The translations under genes and the position numbers were made by a program. This document shows positions 18,861-27,246 of a stretch of DNA of 64,000 nucleotides, piece by piece; the first letter of the stretch is position 1; every line of letters begins with the position of its first letter. Origin of the DNA: Candidatus Parcubacteria bacterium (GTDB lineage: Bacteria; Patescibacteriota; Patescibacteriia; Patescibacteriales; BM507); contig PKTH01000011.1 in assembly GCA_002869265.1 (NCBI GenBank), positions 10,843-74,842 on the forward strand. Direction: 5' to 3'. The notes below the pieces were generated by a model. The model searched no databases. It was not told the DNA's origin and worked only from the letters and a program-made list of their open reading frames with translations.

Positions 18861-20202
18861 AATCCAAGAAATATATACATGTCAAAAATGTGGCGCCCAA
18901 CATCCAAAATGGAGTGGGCGTTGTTTGGAGTGTGGGGCTTGGAGTAGTCTAGAAAAGGACATCGTAGACTCAAAGAAAAAGTTAAAAATAGAAAGTCAAA
19001 ATGTTCCAGAGGCAAGTATTATTAATTTTAAACAAATACAGAAAGACAAAATTGAAAGAGATAAAATAAACATCTCAGAAGTTGATAGGGTTTTTGGAGG
19101 AGGATTGGTACCAGGATCTCTCGTTCTCTTAGCGGGAGAACCGGGTATTGGCAAGTCTACTATTTTAGCCCAAATCTCCGATTCTTTTTCTAAAAATACT
19201 CAGAAGAAAACTCTCTATATAAGTGGAGAGGAGTCAGCTGGCCAAGTTAAAGACCGATTTGATAGACTGTCCTGCAATCTAGATAACATAAGCTTTATTG
19301 GTGATACTAATCTAGAAAAGATTGTTTCAGCAATCAATAAATCCAAACCTTCTCTAGTAATAATTTACTCTGTCCAGACAATTTATTCTTCGCTAGTTCC
19401 TTCTGAGGCGGGGAGTGTTACTCAGATTAGGGCCTGTACCTCTGGTTTTATGGAACTATCAAAGGAGTCTGGTATTCCCATTATTTTAGTGGGGCACATA
19501 ACGAAAGATGGTAATGTGGCGGGGCCTAAAACGCTAGAACACATGGTTGACGTTGTGGTTTATCTGGAAACAGATAATACTCAGATGTATCGGATAATGA
19601 GGACAACAAAAAATAGATTTGGATCTACTCATGAGATTGGGATTTTTGAAATGAAAGAGAGTGGTTTTTCAGAGATAAAAAACGCTTCAGCAATATTTAT
19701 TGATAATAATATAAATTCTTTCCCTGGTTCGGTTGTCAGCTCCTTGATTGAGGGGTCAAGATCTTTTTTGGTTGAAATACAGGCTCTAGTCTCAAAAACA
19801 ATGTTTGGTTATCCTCAGAGAAAGGCGTCTGGTTTTGATTTGAACCGACTCCAAGTTTTGTCAGCGGTAATATCAAAAAGAACTACTGTAAACCTTTTAA
19901 ACCAAGATATAATTTTAAACTCAGTCGGGGGTATTAAAATTAGTGACCCAGCTCTTGATTTAGCGGCCTGTCTTGCTATTGCCTCTTCATATTTTGATAA
20001 AGAAATAAAGCAAAAGACCATAATCCTTGGAGAGGTCGGTCTTGGGGGAGAGGTGAGAAATATCCCCAATATAGATGCTAGATTAAGAGAGGCGGAAAAA
20101 CTTGGTTTCGAACGAGCTATAATCCCTGAGATGAAAATAAGCAAAACAAAACTTTCTGTTACTAAGGTGAAAGACCTTAACTCTGCTGTGAAATTAATTT
20201 AG
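18853..20202 (+). CDS. radA: DNA repair/recombination protein RadA (Sms)
   Basis: N-terminal zinc finger CQKCGAQHPKWSGRCLECGAW, Walker A GEPGIGKST, KNRFG motif and a Lon-like C-terminal domain. An alternative start lies at 18838. The Walker B position reads IIYSVQ rather than the usual IDSIQ. Confidence 0.9.
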   Translation: MSKIQEIYTCQKCGAQHPKWSGRCLECGAWSSLEKDIVDSKKKLKIESQNVPEASIINFKQIQKDKIERDKINISEVDRVFGGGLVPGSLVLLAGEPGIGKSTILAQISDSFSKNTQKKTLYISGEESAGQVKDRFDRLSCNLDNISFIGDTNLEKIVSAINKSKPSLVIIYSVQTIYSSLVPSEAGSVTQIRACTSGFMELSKESGIPIILVGHITKDGNVAGPKTLEHMVDVVVYLETDNTQMYRIMRTTKNRFGSTHEIGIFEMKESGFSEIKNASAIFIDNNINSFPGSVVSSLIEGSRSFLVEIQALVSKTMFGYPQRKASGFDLNRLQVLSAVISKRTTVNLLNQDIILNSVGGIKISDPALDLAACLAIASSYFDKEIKQKTIILGEVGLGGEVRNIPNIDARLREAEKLGFERAIIPEMKISKTKLSVTKVKDLNSAVKLI

Positions 20203-22272
20203 CTATTCTAAGTGAATATCATCTTCAAAGCTGTCCAAACTTTTTTTAAGGTTTGGATTTTTTGTTAGCCCAGGATCATCTTTCATGACCTCTTCAGCTG
20301 ATTTTCTAGCTAAAAGAATTTGTTCATAGTCGAAGAGTGTTGCTACCTTTAGTTCTGGGAATCCTTTCTGCGAGCTGCCAAAAAATTCTCCAGGCCCTCT
20401 TAGTTTAAGGTCTATTTTAGATAATTCAAAGCCATTGTTTGTCTTAAGCATAGCCTCTAGTCTTTTTAACGTATTCTCTGCTTTGCTTTCAGTTGCCAGA
20501 AAGCAGTAAGACTGGTGTTCCCCTCTACCTACTCTTCCTCTGAATTGGTGAAGTTGGGACAAACCGAAACGGTCGGCGCCTTCGATTATTATAATATTTG
20601 CGTTTGGGATGTCGATTCCCACCTCGATTACCGAAGTTGAGATAAGAATATTGGTTTTATTGGAAGAAAAGTTCTCCATAATATGCTCTTTTTCATCATT
20701 TTTCATTTTTCCGTGTAGCATCTCAATTTTTAGATCGGGGAAGATATTTTGAGAAAATCTTTCATATACTTCTTTTACTGATTTCAGCCCCAGTTTATCT
20801 GAAGGATCTATTAGGGGGCACACAACAAAAGATTGTCTTCCTTGATTAATTTGCTCTCTGACAAACGAATGAAGACTGTTTTCTTTTGTCGGGGGGACTA
20901 GCTTGGTGATAATTGGCAGTCTCCCTTTTGGCAGTTCGTTAATAATTGAAATATCTAAATCACCATAAATAGAAAGAGCTAGCGATCTTGGGATGGGGGT
21001 AGCTGTCATGGACAAGAAGTGAGGGCTTTGCTTATCTGGAAGGCCACATTTATCAAGGAGAGCTTTTCTTTGCTCTACTCCAAATCTGTGTTGTTCATCA
21101 ATAACAACCAGGGCTAAGTTCTTAAAAGAAACTGAGTCTTGGAATAGAGAGTGTGTTCCTATTATTAGATCAATCTTGTTTTCAGCAATTTCTTTAAGAA
21201 TTTTTTTCTTCGTATGCTTTTCTCCATTAATAATAAAAAAGTTTCTACTCAGAAGAGCAATGTTTACTTTCTCATTTTTAAATAATTCTAAAAGTGTTTT
21301 ATAGTGTTGTTCAGCAAGTATCTCTGTTGGTGCCATTATTGCAGATTGTTTAGCACCAAGAATAGTGTTGAGAATTGCAATCGAGGCAACAACTGTTTTT
21401 CCGCTACCAACATCTCCTTCTAAGAGTCTAGACATTGGTGAATTCTTTTGGATGTCACCCAATATTTCCCAGGCAGATTTTCTTTGAGAGTCAGTTAGTT
21501 TAAAGGGGAGAGAATTTACAAAGTTCTTTGTTTCTTTTTCTAAAAAATTAATTTTTGGGCTTTTCTTATTCTGAAGAGTCTTTCTTATGGAAATGTATTT
21601 TATTTGCAATAGAAATAATTCATTAAAGGCAAGTTTTTTTTGAGCAGTACTTATATCGTTCTCAGATTTAGGAAAATGGATTTTCTCGATTGCTTTATTT
21701 ATTTGATCCAGTTTAAGCCTCTCGTTTACTTCTTTAGGCAGAGGGTCTTCTAGAAAATCTAGGAATTTTAGAGCAGATTTAATGAGAAATCTTATTTGTT
21801 TTTGGCTAATATTAGAAGTAGAATGGTAGACAGGAACAATACCCTGAGTGTTGATGTTGTCTCCATTTTCGGCCTTATCGTATACAGGAGACTTTATTAC
21901 TAAAGATCCATTATCGTTTTCAACTTTGCCAGTAATTGATACCTTGTCCCCGGGTTTAATATTTTTAGAAATAAATGCTTGATTGAACCATATTACTCTA
22001 ATGGAGTCTTCCTCGTCTCTTAAAATTGCCTCAGTGATGCTAATTTTTTTTCTAAAGCTTTTTTTGGTGTTTATTAGTTCGATGTGTCCGACTACGTTTG
22101 CGCTTTCTCCAGACAATAGGTCCTTAATCTTTTTACTTTTACTGAAGTTTTCGTACCTAAAAGGGAAGAAGCTAATCAAGTCGCTAATAGTTTCAATCCC
22201 CAGTCGTTTTAAACGCTTGGCGGTTGTTTCACCAACCCTATTTAGATGTTTTATATTTGTATCTAGATTCAT
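20203..22272 (-). CDS. recG: ATP-dependent DNA helicase RecG
   Basis: Wedge-domain N-terminus (MNLDTNIKHLNRVGETTAKRLKRLGI), helicase motifs GDVGSGKT and DEQHRFG, and QLHQFRGRVGRG. The start is set at the Met at 22272. The ORF-track extension to 22539 runs through a tandem repeat. Confidence 0.9.
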   Translation of the reverse strand: MNLDTNIKHLNRVGETTAKRLKRLGIETISDLISFFPFRYENFSKSKKIKDLLSGESANVVGHIELINTKKSFRKKISITEAILRDEEDSIRVIWFNQAFISKNIKPGDKVSITGKVENDNGSLVIKSPVYDKAENGDNINTQGIVPVYHSTSNISQKQIRFLIKSALKFLDFLEDPLPKEVNERLKLDQINKAIEKIHFPKSENDISTAQKKLAFNELFLLQIKYISIRKTLQNKKSPKINFLEKETKNFVNSLPFKLTDSQRKSAWEILGDIQKNSPMSRLLEGDVGSGKTVVASIAILNTILGAKQSAIMAPTEILAEQHYKTLLELFKNEKVNIALLSRNFFIINGEKHTKKKILKEIAENKIDLIIGTHSLFQDSVSFKNLALVVIDEQHRFGVEQRKALLDKCGLPDKQSPHFLSMTATPIPRSLALSIYGDLDISIINELPKGRLPIITKLVPPTKENSLHSFVREQINQGRQSFVVCPLIDPSDKLGLKSVKEVYERFSQNIFPDLKIEMLHGKMKNDEKEHIMENFSSNKTNILISTSVIEVGIDIPNANIIIIEGADRFGLSQLHQFRGRVGRGEHQSYCFLATESKAENTLKRLEAMLKTNNGFELSKIDLKLRGPGEFFGSSQKGFPELKVATLFDYEQILLARKSAEEVMKDDPGLTKNPNLKKSLDSFEDDIHLE

Positions 22273-22352
22273 AATAATATTGTAACATGCGTTTCGCAAC
22301 AATTGAAATCCTTCAAAATTAAAAAACAACCCCCGAGGGGCCATTTTTTCAT

Positions 22353-22636
22353 TGTGCTCTCGCCAGGGCCGATGCACCTCTTCGAGGTTTTCGGCATGTC
22401 GCACTAACACGTGCTCCAAATCGTGTTGTTCTGTCCAGGTTCTCAACCCAGCAAGAACCCAATAAAAAACAACCCTAGTCGGGATGTCTTTTCTTGTGCT
22501 CTCGCCAGGGCCGATGCACCTCATCGAGGTTTTCGGCATGTCGCACTAACACGTGCTCCAAATCGTGTTGTTCTGTCCAGGTTCTCAACCCAGCAAGAAC
22601 CCAATAAAAAACAAACCTAGTCGGGATGTCTTTTCT
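22353..22636. repeat. Two tandem 142-bp units (2 mismatches) abutting the 3' end of tRNA-Arg
   Basis: Units at 22353-22494 and 22495-22636 differ at two positions. Each starts (plus strand) with tgtgctctcgccagg, which copies the last 13 nt of the tRNA plus 2 nt of flank. A degenerate partial copy lies at about 22315-22352. Confidence 0.85.
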
Positions 22637-22638
22637 TG

Positions 22639-22710
22639 TGCTCTCGCCAGGAATCGAACCTGGACTTTGGGATCCGCAATCCCACGTTCTATCCGTTGAA
22701 CTACGAGAGC
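22639..22710 (-). tRNA. tRNA-Arg (anticodon GCG)
   Basis: Manual cloverleaf: acceptor GCTCTCG/CGAGAGC, D stem GTTC/GAAC, anticodon stem TGGGA/TCCCA with loop TTGCGGA, T arm CCAGG-TTCGATT-CCTGG, discriminator A. CCA is not encoded. Confidence 0.85.
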
Positions 22711-22751
22711 AATAAAAAAACTAAATTCTAAATATTTAGTTTTAAAGTATA

Positions 22752-23255
22752 TTAAATTTTTAGCAATTTTGACAAGCCTTCCGATAAAGGAATATTCGTT
22801 CTGTCTAAATCTTCATCTAGATATTTTAATAGAAAGTTTCTGATTTGGAGTGGGTTGTTATCAAGAAGGGGGATCGAGAGTCTTTGTTTTGCAGGGTTTT
22901 TAAATTCGAAATAAAGATTTTTTAGTTCCTCATTTGGCTTAAATAACACCGAAAAGTTCTTTAAGTCATCATAATCAAAAACCTTACTACCAATAGCAAC
23001 ACCATCACTAGAAAGAGTCACATTCACGTTATCAGGAGAGTTGCCGTCATGAACAATAGTTATAATAGAAGTGGCAATTATGATAATAGCAAATAGGTAA
23101 TTGCTTGTAAAAATAGCGAAAATTAAAAGAAAAGAAGCAGTAAGCCCAGCAACAATATACCAGGTATTTGATCTGTTGTGCTTTTCAAACTCTGGCACGT
23201 TCCAGGAAATTTGTAATATTTCTTTTTCTTCGTTGTTATCCATTATTGTTGACAT
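22752..23255 (-). CDS. Hypothetical membrane protein (two TM segments plus a soluble C-domain)
   Basis: 167-aa ORF. TM hairpin WYIVAGLTASFLLIFAIF / LFAIIIIATSIITIV. No recognisable motif. Confidence 0.6.
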   Translation of the reverse strand: MSTIMDNNEEKEILQISWNVPEFEKHNRSNTWYIVAGLTASFLLIFAIFTSNYLFAIIIIATSIITIVHDGNSPDNVNVTLSSDGVAIGSKVFDYDDLKNFSVLFKPNEELKNLYFEFKNPAKQRLSIPLLDNNPLQIRNFLLKYLDEDLDRTNIPLSEGLSKLLKI

Positions 23256-23352
23256 TTAGATATTATTCATATAATATTATTATAGCAGATAGATAATTAT
23301 TTTAAAATAAGCAAATGCAAAGAATCTTGCATTTTTATTTTTGAATAAGGAA

Positions 23353-23442
23353 GGAGAGGTGCCTGAGTGGTTGAAAGGGGCACCCTGCTAAGGTGTTAGG
23401 TCTTCACGGGCCTCGAGGGTTCGAATCCCTCTCTCTCCGCCA
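23353..23442 (+). tRNA. tRNA-Ser (anticodon GCU), CCA encoded
   Basis: Acceptor GGAGAGG/TCTCTCC, anticodon loop CTGCTAA, long variable arm, T arm GAGGG-TTCGAAT-CCCTC, 3' GCCA. Confidence 0.9.
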
Positions 23443-23473
23443 TTATCTTTTTGATAAGGAGAAAAATATCCCC

Positions 23474-23560
23474 GGAGGGATGACGGAGCGGTTGAACGTG
23501 ACGGTCTTGAAAACCGTTGAGCCTTAACGGGTTCCCAGGGTTCGAATCCCTGTCCCTCCG
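23474..23560 (+). tRNA. tRNA-Ser (anticodon UGA)
   Basis: Acceptor GGAGGGA/TCCCTCC, anticodon stem ACGGT/ACCGT with loop CTTGAAA, long variable arm, T arm CAGGG-TTCGAAT-CCCTG. A hairpin plus T-run follows at about 23572-23600. Confidence 0.9.
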
Positions 23561-23603
23561 CACAAAACAAGAAGCTGGTATAATGCCAGTTTTTTGTTTT
23601 GAT

Positions 23604-23731
23604 CGAGGGATGCTGTATTAGAACCCCATGGCAAGAATGTAGTCATATAACACGTCAGCGGCTTGGAAGTAGGAATAAATGGATATATTAAAAACATATT
23701 CGATTGAAGCACGTATCCCTGTCCCTCCGCA
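23604..23731 (+). pseudogene. Decayed tandem copy of tRNA-Ser(UGA) (pseudo-tRNA)
   Basis: A perfect 17-nt copy of the tRNA 3' end (atccctgtccctccgca) occurs at 23546-23562 and again at 23715-23731. Weaker matches: 5' acceptor gagggatg (23605-23612), D-loop-like agcggcttggaa (23657-23668), T-loop ttcga (23699-23703). No intact cloverleaf. Confidence 0.4.
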
Positions 23732-23820
23732 ATATAAAAACTGGCAAATAGCAAGTTTTTTATTTGACTAGAGTAAATAAAAAAGGCTATTATTAAATAA
23801 GTTATTAAAAAGAGAAATTT

Positions 23821-25074
23821 ATGTCAAAAATCAGTTTAGCTAGTGAATTAAAAGAAAGGGGTTATATATACCAATACTCCACAGATAATCTTGAGGATAT
23901 TTTTGAAGATAAAAGAGTAATATACTTAGGAGTGGATCCAAACGCTGACTCAATTCATGTCGGCCATTTAGTTACCTATATGCTTGCTTATCACTTGGTT
24001 CAAGCGGGGCACAAGATGATTCTTTTGGTTGGTGGAGCGACAGCCTTGATTGGCGACCCATCTGGGAAAGACGCTGAAAGACCATTTCAAGATGAAAGCG
24101 AGGTGGCGAAGAATGCTTTAGCTCTCACTAAACAAATTGAAAGTCTTCTAAAGATTGATAATATTGAAATGGTTAATAATTTGGACTGGTTTTCAGAAAT
24201 TAACGTGATGGAATTTTTAAGAGAAGTGGGTAAGCACTTTACGGTTAACAATATGATCAGGAAAGAGTCGGTTTCAAAAAGGATTCAGAGTGAAAATGGC
24301 ATTTCATTTACAGAGTTTGCCTATACTCTTTTGCAGGGCTATGATTATTTTCACCTCAATCAAGAAAAAAACTGCGATCTCCAGATTGGAGGTTCGGATC
24401 AGTGGGGGAATATAGTGTCAGGGATAGAGTTAATCAGAAGAAAAAAATCACAAGAGGTTTATGGAATAACGGTTCCTTTGTTACTGGATAAGAACACAGG
24501 AAAGAAGTTTGGTAAAAGTGAAGGTAATGCTATCTGGCTAGACCCAGAGAAGACAAGCCCATATGTTTTTTATCAATTTTGGTTAAATATCGATGATGCC
24601 AATGTTGTTGATTATTTAAAATTGTTTTCCATTTTATCACTTGAGGACATTGGTGCTCTTGAGACGGAAATTAAAAATTATCCTGAGCAAAGAAAAGCAC
24701 AAAAAACCCTAGCTTATGAAGTGACAAAATTTGTCCATGGTGAAAATTTGGCTGAGTCAGTAAAAAAGATTTCTGAAATAATGTTCAGCGGGGAAGGTCT
24801 AGCAGCTCTTAGTGACGAAGAAAAAGAACTTCTCTTGAAAGAAGCTCCTAGTTATAATGTTTCTGAAGATATGTCTCTGGTCGATGTTTTAGTTGAATCT
24901 GGGCTTGCTTCGAGTAAAAGGGAGTCAAGGGAATTTATTGAAAACGGAGCAGTTAGCTTAAATAACGACAAAATTGTTGACACTATGTTTAGATTAAATC
25001 CGGAATTGACCAGAAACTCTTTAGCTATATTAAAGAGAGGCAAGAAAAATAAAATAATCTTAAGTTTCAAATAA
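23821..25074 (+). CDS. tyrS: Tyrosine--tRNA ligase
   Basis: HIGH motif (DSIHVGHL), KMSKS-type motif (KFGKS), GGSDQWGN, and a C-terminal S4-like domain. Confidence 0.95.
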   Translation: MSKISLASELKERGYIYQYSTDNLEDIFEDKRVIYLGVDPNADSIHVGHLVTYMLAYHLVQAGHKMILLVGGATALIGDPSGKDAERPFQDESEVAKNALALTKQIESLLKIDNIEMVNNLDWFSEINVMEFLREVGKHFTVNNMIRKESVSKRIQSENGISFTEFAYTLLQGYDYFHLNQEKNCDLQIGGSDQWGNIVSGIELIRRKKSQEVYGITVPLLLDKNTGKKFGKSEGNAIWLDPEKTSPYVFYQFWLNIDDANVVDYLKLFSILSLEDIGALETEIKNYPEQRKAQKTLAYEVTKFVHGENLAESVKKISEIMFSGEGLAALSDEEKELLLKEAPSYNVSEDMSLVDVLVESGLASSKRESREFIENGAVSLNNDKIVDTMFRLNPELTRNSLAILKRGKKNKIILSFK

Positions 25075-25089
25075 TACCTTAGTCCAAGA

Positions 25090-25866
25090 TTATCCGTGCG
25101 CTAAAACGAGGCCCAGTATTTGCTTCGCACCATTCGCTTTAAGAACTTTGGAGCACTCACATAAAGTAGCAGTGCTAGTACTAACATCATCTATCAAGAT
25201 GATGTTTTTATTTTCCAGGGGTTTTCCATCCCAGGTGAATGAATTCTTGATATTTTTAAATCTTTCTTCTCTTCCCAGGCTGGTTTGTGGTTTTTTAAAT
25301 TTATGTCTTTTTAGCTGGTTTGTGTTTATTTCAAGCTTGAGTTTAGAAGAAAAAATATTGGCCAGGTCTTCTGATTGATTGAAGCCTCTCCATCTTAATC
25401 TTTTTTTGTGTAGGGGGACGGGGATAATGAGGACATTTTGGAAATCATTTATTAGCCTTTTTTCTGAACTGTGCCAGAAATAATTATTTTTCCGAGTTTC
25501 TATTAGATTCCGAGAAAAGTCAATTAGTAGGGATCCTAAGGGATCTTTTAATTCTCTGACAAATTTATATTTATAGCTTTTTATTACCTTGGATAGCAGT
25601 TTGTTCTTATAATCAGAGGCCACTAGTATCCCACTGAGCGAGGCCTCGGTAGAACAATTTTTACAAAATGAACCTAAGAAATTGTTTTTATTACAAACAG
25701 GACATGATTGCACGGTATTTAATTGAATATCATTATAACAGACATCACATAAATATGTTCCTTCCTTCAAACATCCAAGACACTCTTTAGGGAATAGAAG
25801 ATCTAATAAAAAAATACGCAATTTTTTTGCGTATCTAATTAAACCCTTCAAAGAATAGCTATGCAT
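25090..25866 (-). CDS. comFC: ComF-family protein (ComFC-type, phosphoribosyltransferase fold)
   Basis: N-terminal Cys clusters (FPKECLGCL...CDVC...CPVC...CKNC) and a PRTase motif (IILIDDVSTSTATL). Confidence 0.8.
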   Translation of the reverse strand: MHSYSLKGLIRYAKKLRIFLLDLLFPKECLGCLKEGTYLCDVCYNDIQLNTVQSCPVCNKNNFLGSFCKNCSTEASLSGILVASDYKNKLLSKVIKSYKYKFVRELKDPLGSLLIDFSRNLIETRKNNYFWHSSEKRLINDFQNVLIIPVPLHKKRLRWRGFNQSEDLANIFSSKLKLEINTNQLKRHKFKKPQTSLGREERFKNIKNSFTWDGKPLENKNIILIDDVSTSTATLCECSKVLKANGAKQILGLVLAHG

Positions 25867-27113
25867 TATTGAAGATTTATTTTGTGGATTCTGTCTGTTT
25901 TTTCATCAGTGAAATAAAGGATTTTGCCGTCTTCGCTTATGATGATGTTTGAGATATTATAATCTTGATCAGGGATAGCAATTATTTTTTTGGCGCCAGT
26001 ATTGATGTCTATTTTGTAGAGAGTGTCAACCGTATTTTTAGCTATTTCAGGAAAAAGACCAGCCCCTTCTTCTAGCTCGTTCGGGACAGCACAATATAGT
26101 TCGCTAGAACTGTAGTAATTGCATTTACTTGCCCAGGTTTCTATTTTAAGACTTTTTCTGTTTGAACCAATTTGTTCACCAGATGAGTTAACAAGCCAAA
26201 GCGAAGGTTTCATGTCGTTGTCGCTTGAGTATACGCTGTACAGCAGTTTTTCTCCTTCAGGAGACCACTCAAACTGGAATCCGCGACCTTCAATTACTGT
26301 TGATTTAAAATTTTCGTTATTTTGGCCAATAAAGAAAACTTCTTGTCGATTAAAATCAATACCTTCAGTATATAAAGCAAGTACTTGATCATTTGGTGAC
26401 CAACTTGGATAGACATCATCTCCATTCTTCCCAATGTTTTCTATGGCTTTTGCTTTGGAGCCATTTGTGTTTGCAATTGCAAAGTATCTATTGTCTGGAT
26501 CAAGCCCTATGCTCTTCAGAGAAAGCTTATCCCCAGAAGACGAGAACTGAAAATCTTCCCAATGTTTCGGTAAGCTAATTTGTTCTCCAGTATTAAAATC
26601 ATATACTATGTTCGACCCATCTGGATATTCTAAAACAGCCTTTTCTCTGTTAGGGGACCAAGTAGTCTTTTCAACCTGATGAAAAACCTTGTCTGTCATG
26701 GGAAATATTTCACCATTCGAATTTATATAATAGAACTTACCATCGTCATTATTATAGTACTGAACGGTGTTGCCATTAGGACCGAGAGTGAGCCCTGAGC
26801 TTTGGTTTTGATTTAATTCAGTAGTTTTTGTTAAACCTCCTCTGGCAACATTACTTGGAATAAGTTTGTTTTCAGAACCTAAAAGGTCAGACACCTTTGT
26901 GTCGTCTGTCACAGTATTTACTATATTTGGGCCGTCTCCAACCCCCGCTATTGGAAGCCCGGTGGTTCCCGAGGTGCTTGTAGAGACTGGGGTAGGAGTG
27001 GGGCTAGATATCATTGGTTTAAAAAAAGCTAGATATAAAAGCACCCCAAGAAGAATTATCAGAGAGATAAAACCAATTAATATTAATATTTTTTTTTGAG
27101 ACGGACTTAGCAT
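25866..27113 (-). CDS. Membrane-anchored PD40/TolB-like beta-propeller protein
   Basis: N-terminal TM, Pro/Thr/Ser linker, and repeated WSP-type blades (WSPNREKAVLEY, PSWSPNDQVLALY, FEWSPEGEKLLYS). Confidence 0.65.
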   Translation of the reverse strand: MLSPSQKKILILIGFISLIILLGVLLYLAFFKPMISSPTPTPVSTSTSGTTGLPIAGVGDGPNIVNTVTDDTKVSDLLGSENKLIPSNVARGGLTKTTELNQNQSSGLTLGPNGNTVQYYNNDDGKFYYINSNGEIFPMTDKVFHQVEKTTWSPNREKAVLEYPDGSNIVYDFNTGEQISLPKHWEDFQFSSSGDKLSLKSIGLDPDNRYFAIANTNGSKAKAIENIGKNGDDVYPSWSPNDQVLALYTEGIDFNRQEVFFIGQNNENFKSTVIEGRGFQFEWSPEGEKLLYSVYSSDNDMKPSLWLVNSSGEQIGSNRKSLKIETWASKCNYYSSSELYCAVPNELEEGAGLFPEIAKNTVDTLYKIDINTGAKKIIAIPDQDYNISNIIISEDGKILYFTDEKTDRIHKINLQ

Positions 27114-27133
27114 TTATTATGGGGAATAATTTT

Positions 27134-27163
27134 TTGCCTGCAATATGTAAAATGTGTTATAAT
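27134..27163 (+). promoter_or_regulatory. Putative sigma-70 promoter of the pilM operon (extended -10)
   Basis: -35 TTGCCT (27134-27139), 18-nt spacer, TGT-TATAAT (27155-27163). The same TGTGTTATAAT string recurs at 45365-45375. Confidence 0.4.
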
Positions 27164-27246
27164 ATCTACAAGTTTACTTTGTGTATTATATTATATAATT
27201 TTATAGAAATACTGTAAAGTAAGAAAATTAATTATCAAAGATATCT

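Noticed and set aside
22273-22539. The 89-codon N-terminal extension of recG in the ORF track, and the 69-aa plus-strand ORF at 22411-22620.
   Set aside because: Both run through the 142-bp tandem repeat and tRNA flank. The conserved RecG N-terminus begins at the Met at 22272. The extension sequence itself repeats, which is an artefact of the DNA repeat.
22353-22636. A CRISPR array.
   Set aside because: There are only two contiguous 142-bp units with no unique spacers between short repeats. No cas genes are in the window.
23318-23345. A hairpin plus T-run (AATGCAA-agaatc-TTGCATT-TTT) just upstream of tRNA-Ser(GCU), considered as a terminator.
   Set aside because: No plus-strand gene lies upstream for it to terminate, since the neighbouring gene is divergent. 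It may be fortuitous or part of the tRNA promoter region. The evidence is insufficient to annotate it.
23388-23754. Minus-strand ORFs 23388-23570 and 23524-23754.
   Set aside because: They overlap two well-folded tRNA-Ser genes and the pseudo-tRNA. They are open by chance in a GC-richer tRNA region.
23563-23820. A T-box riboswitch leader upstream of tyrS.
   Set aside because: No T-box consensus (AGGGUGGNACCGCG-like) or specifier-loop architecture is visible. The tRNA-like strings have the same sense as the tRNA rather than being complementary to its 3' end. The spacing to tyrS is short.
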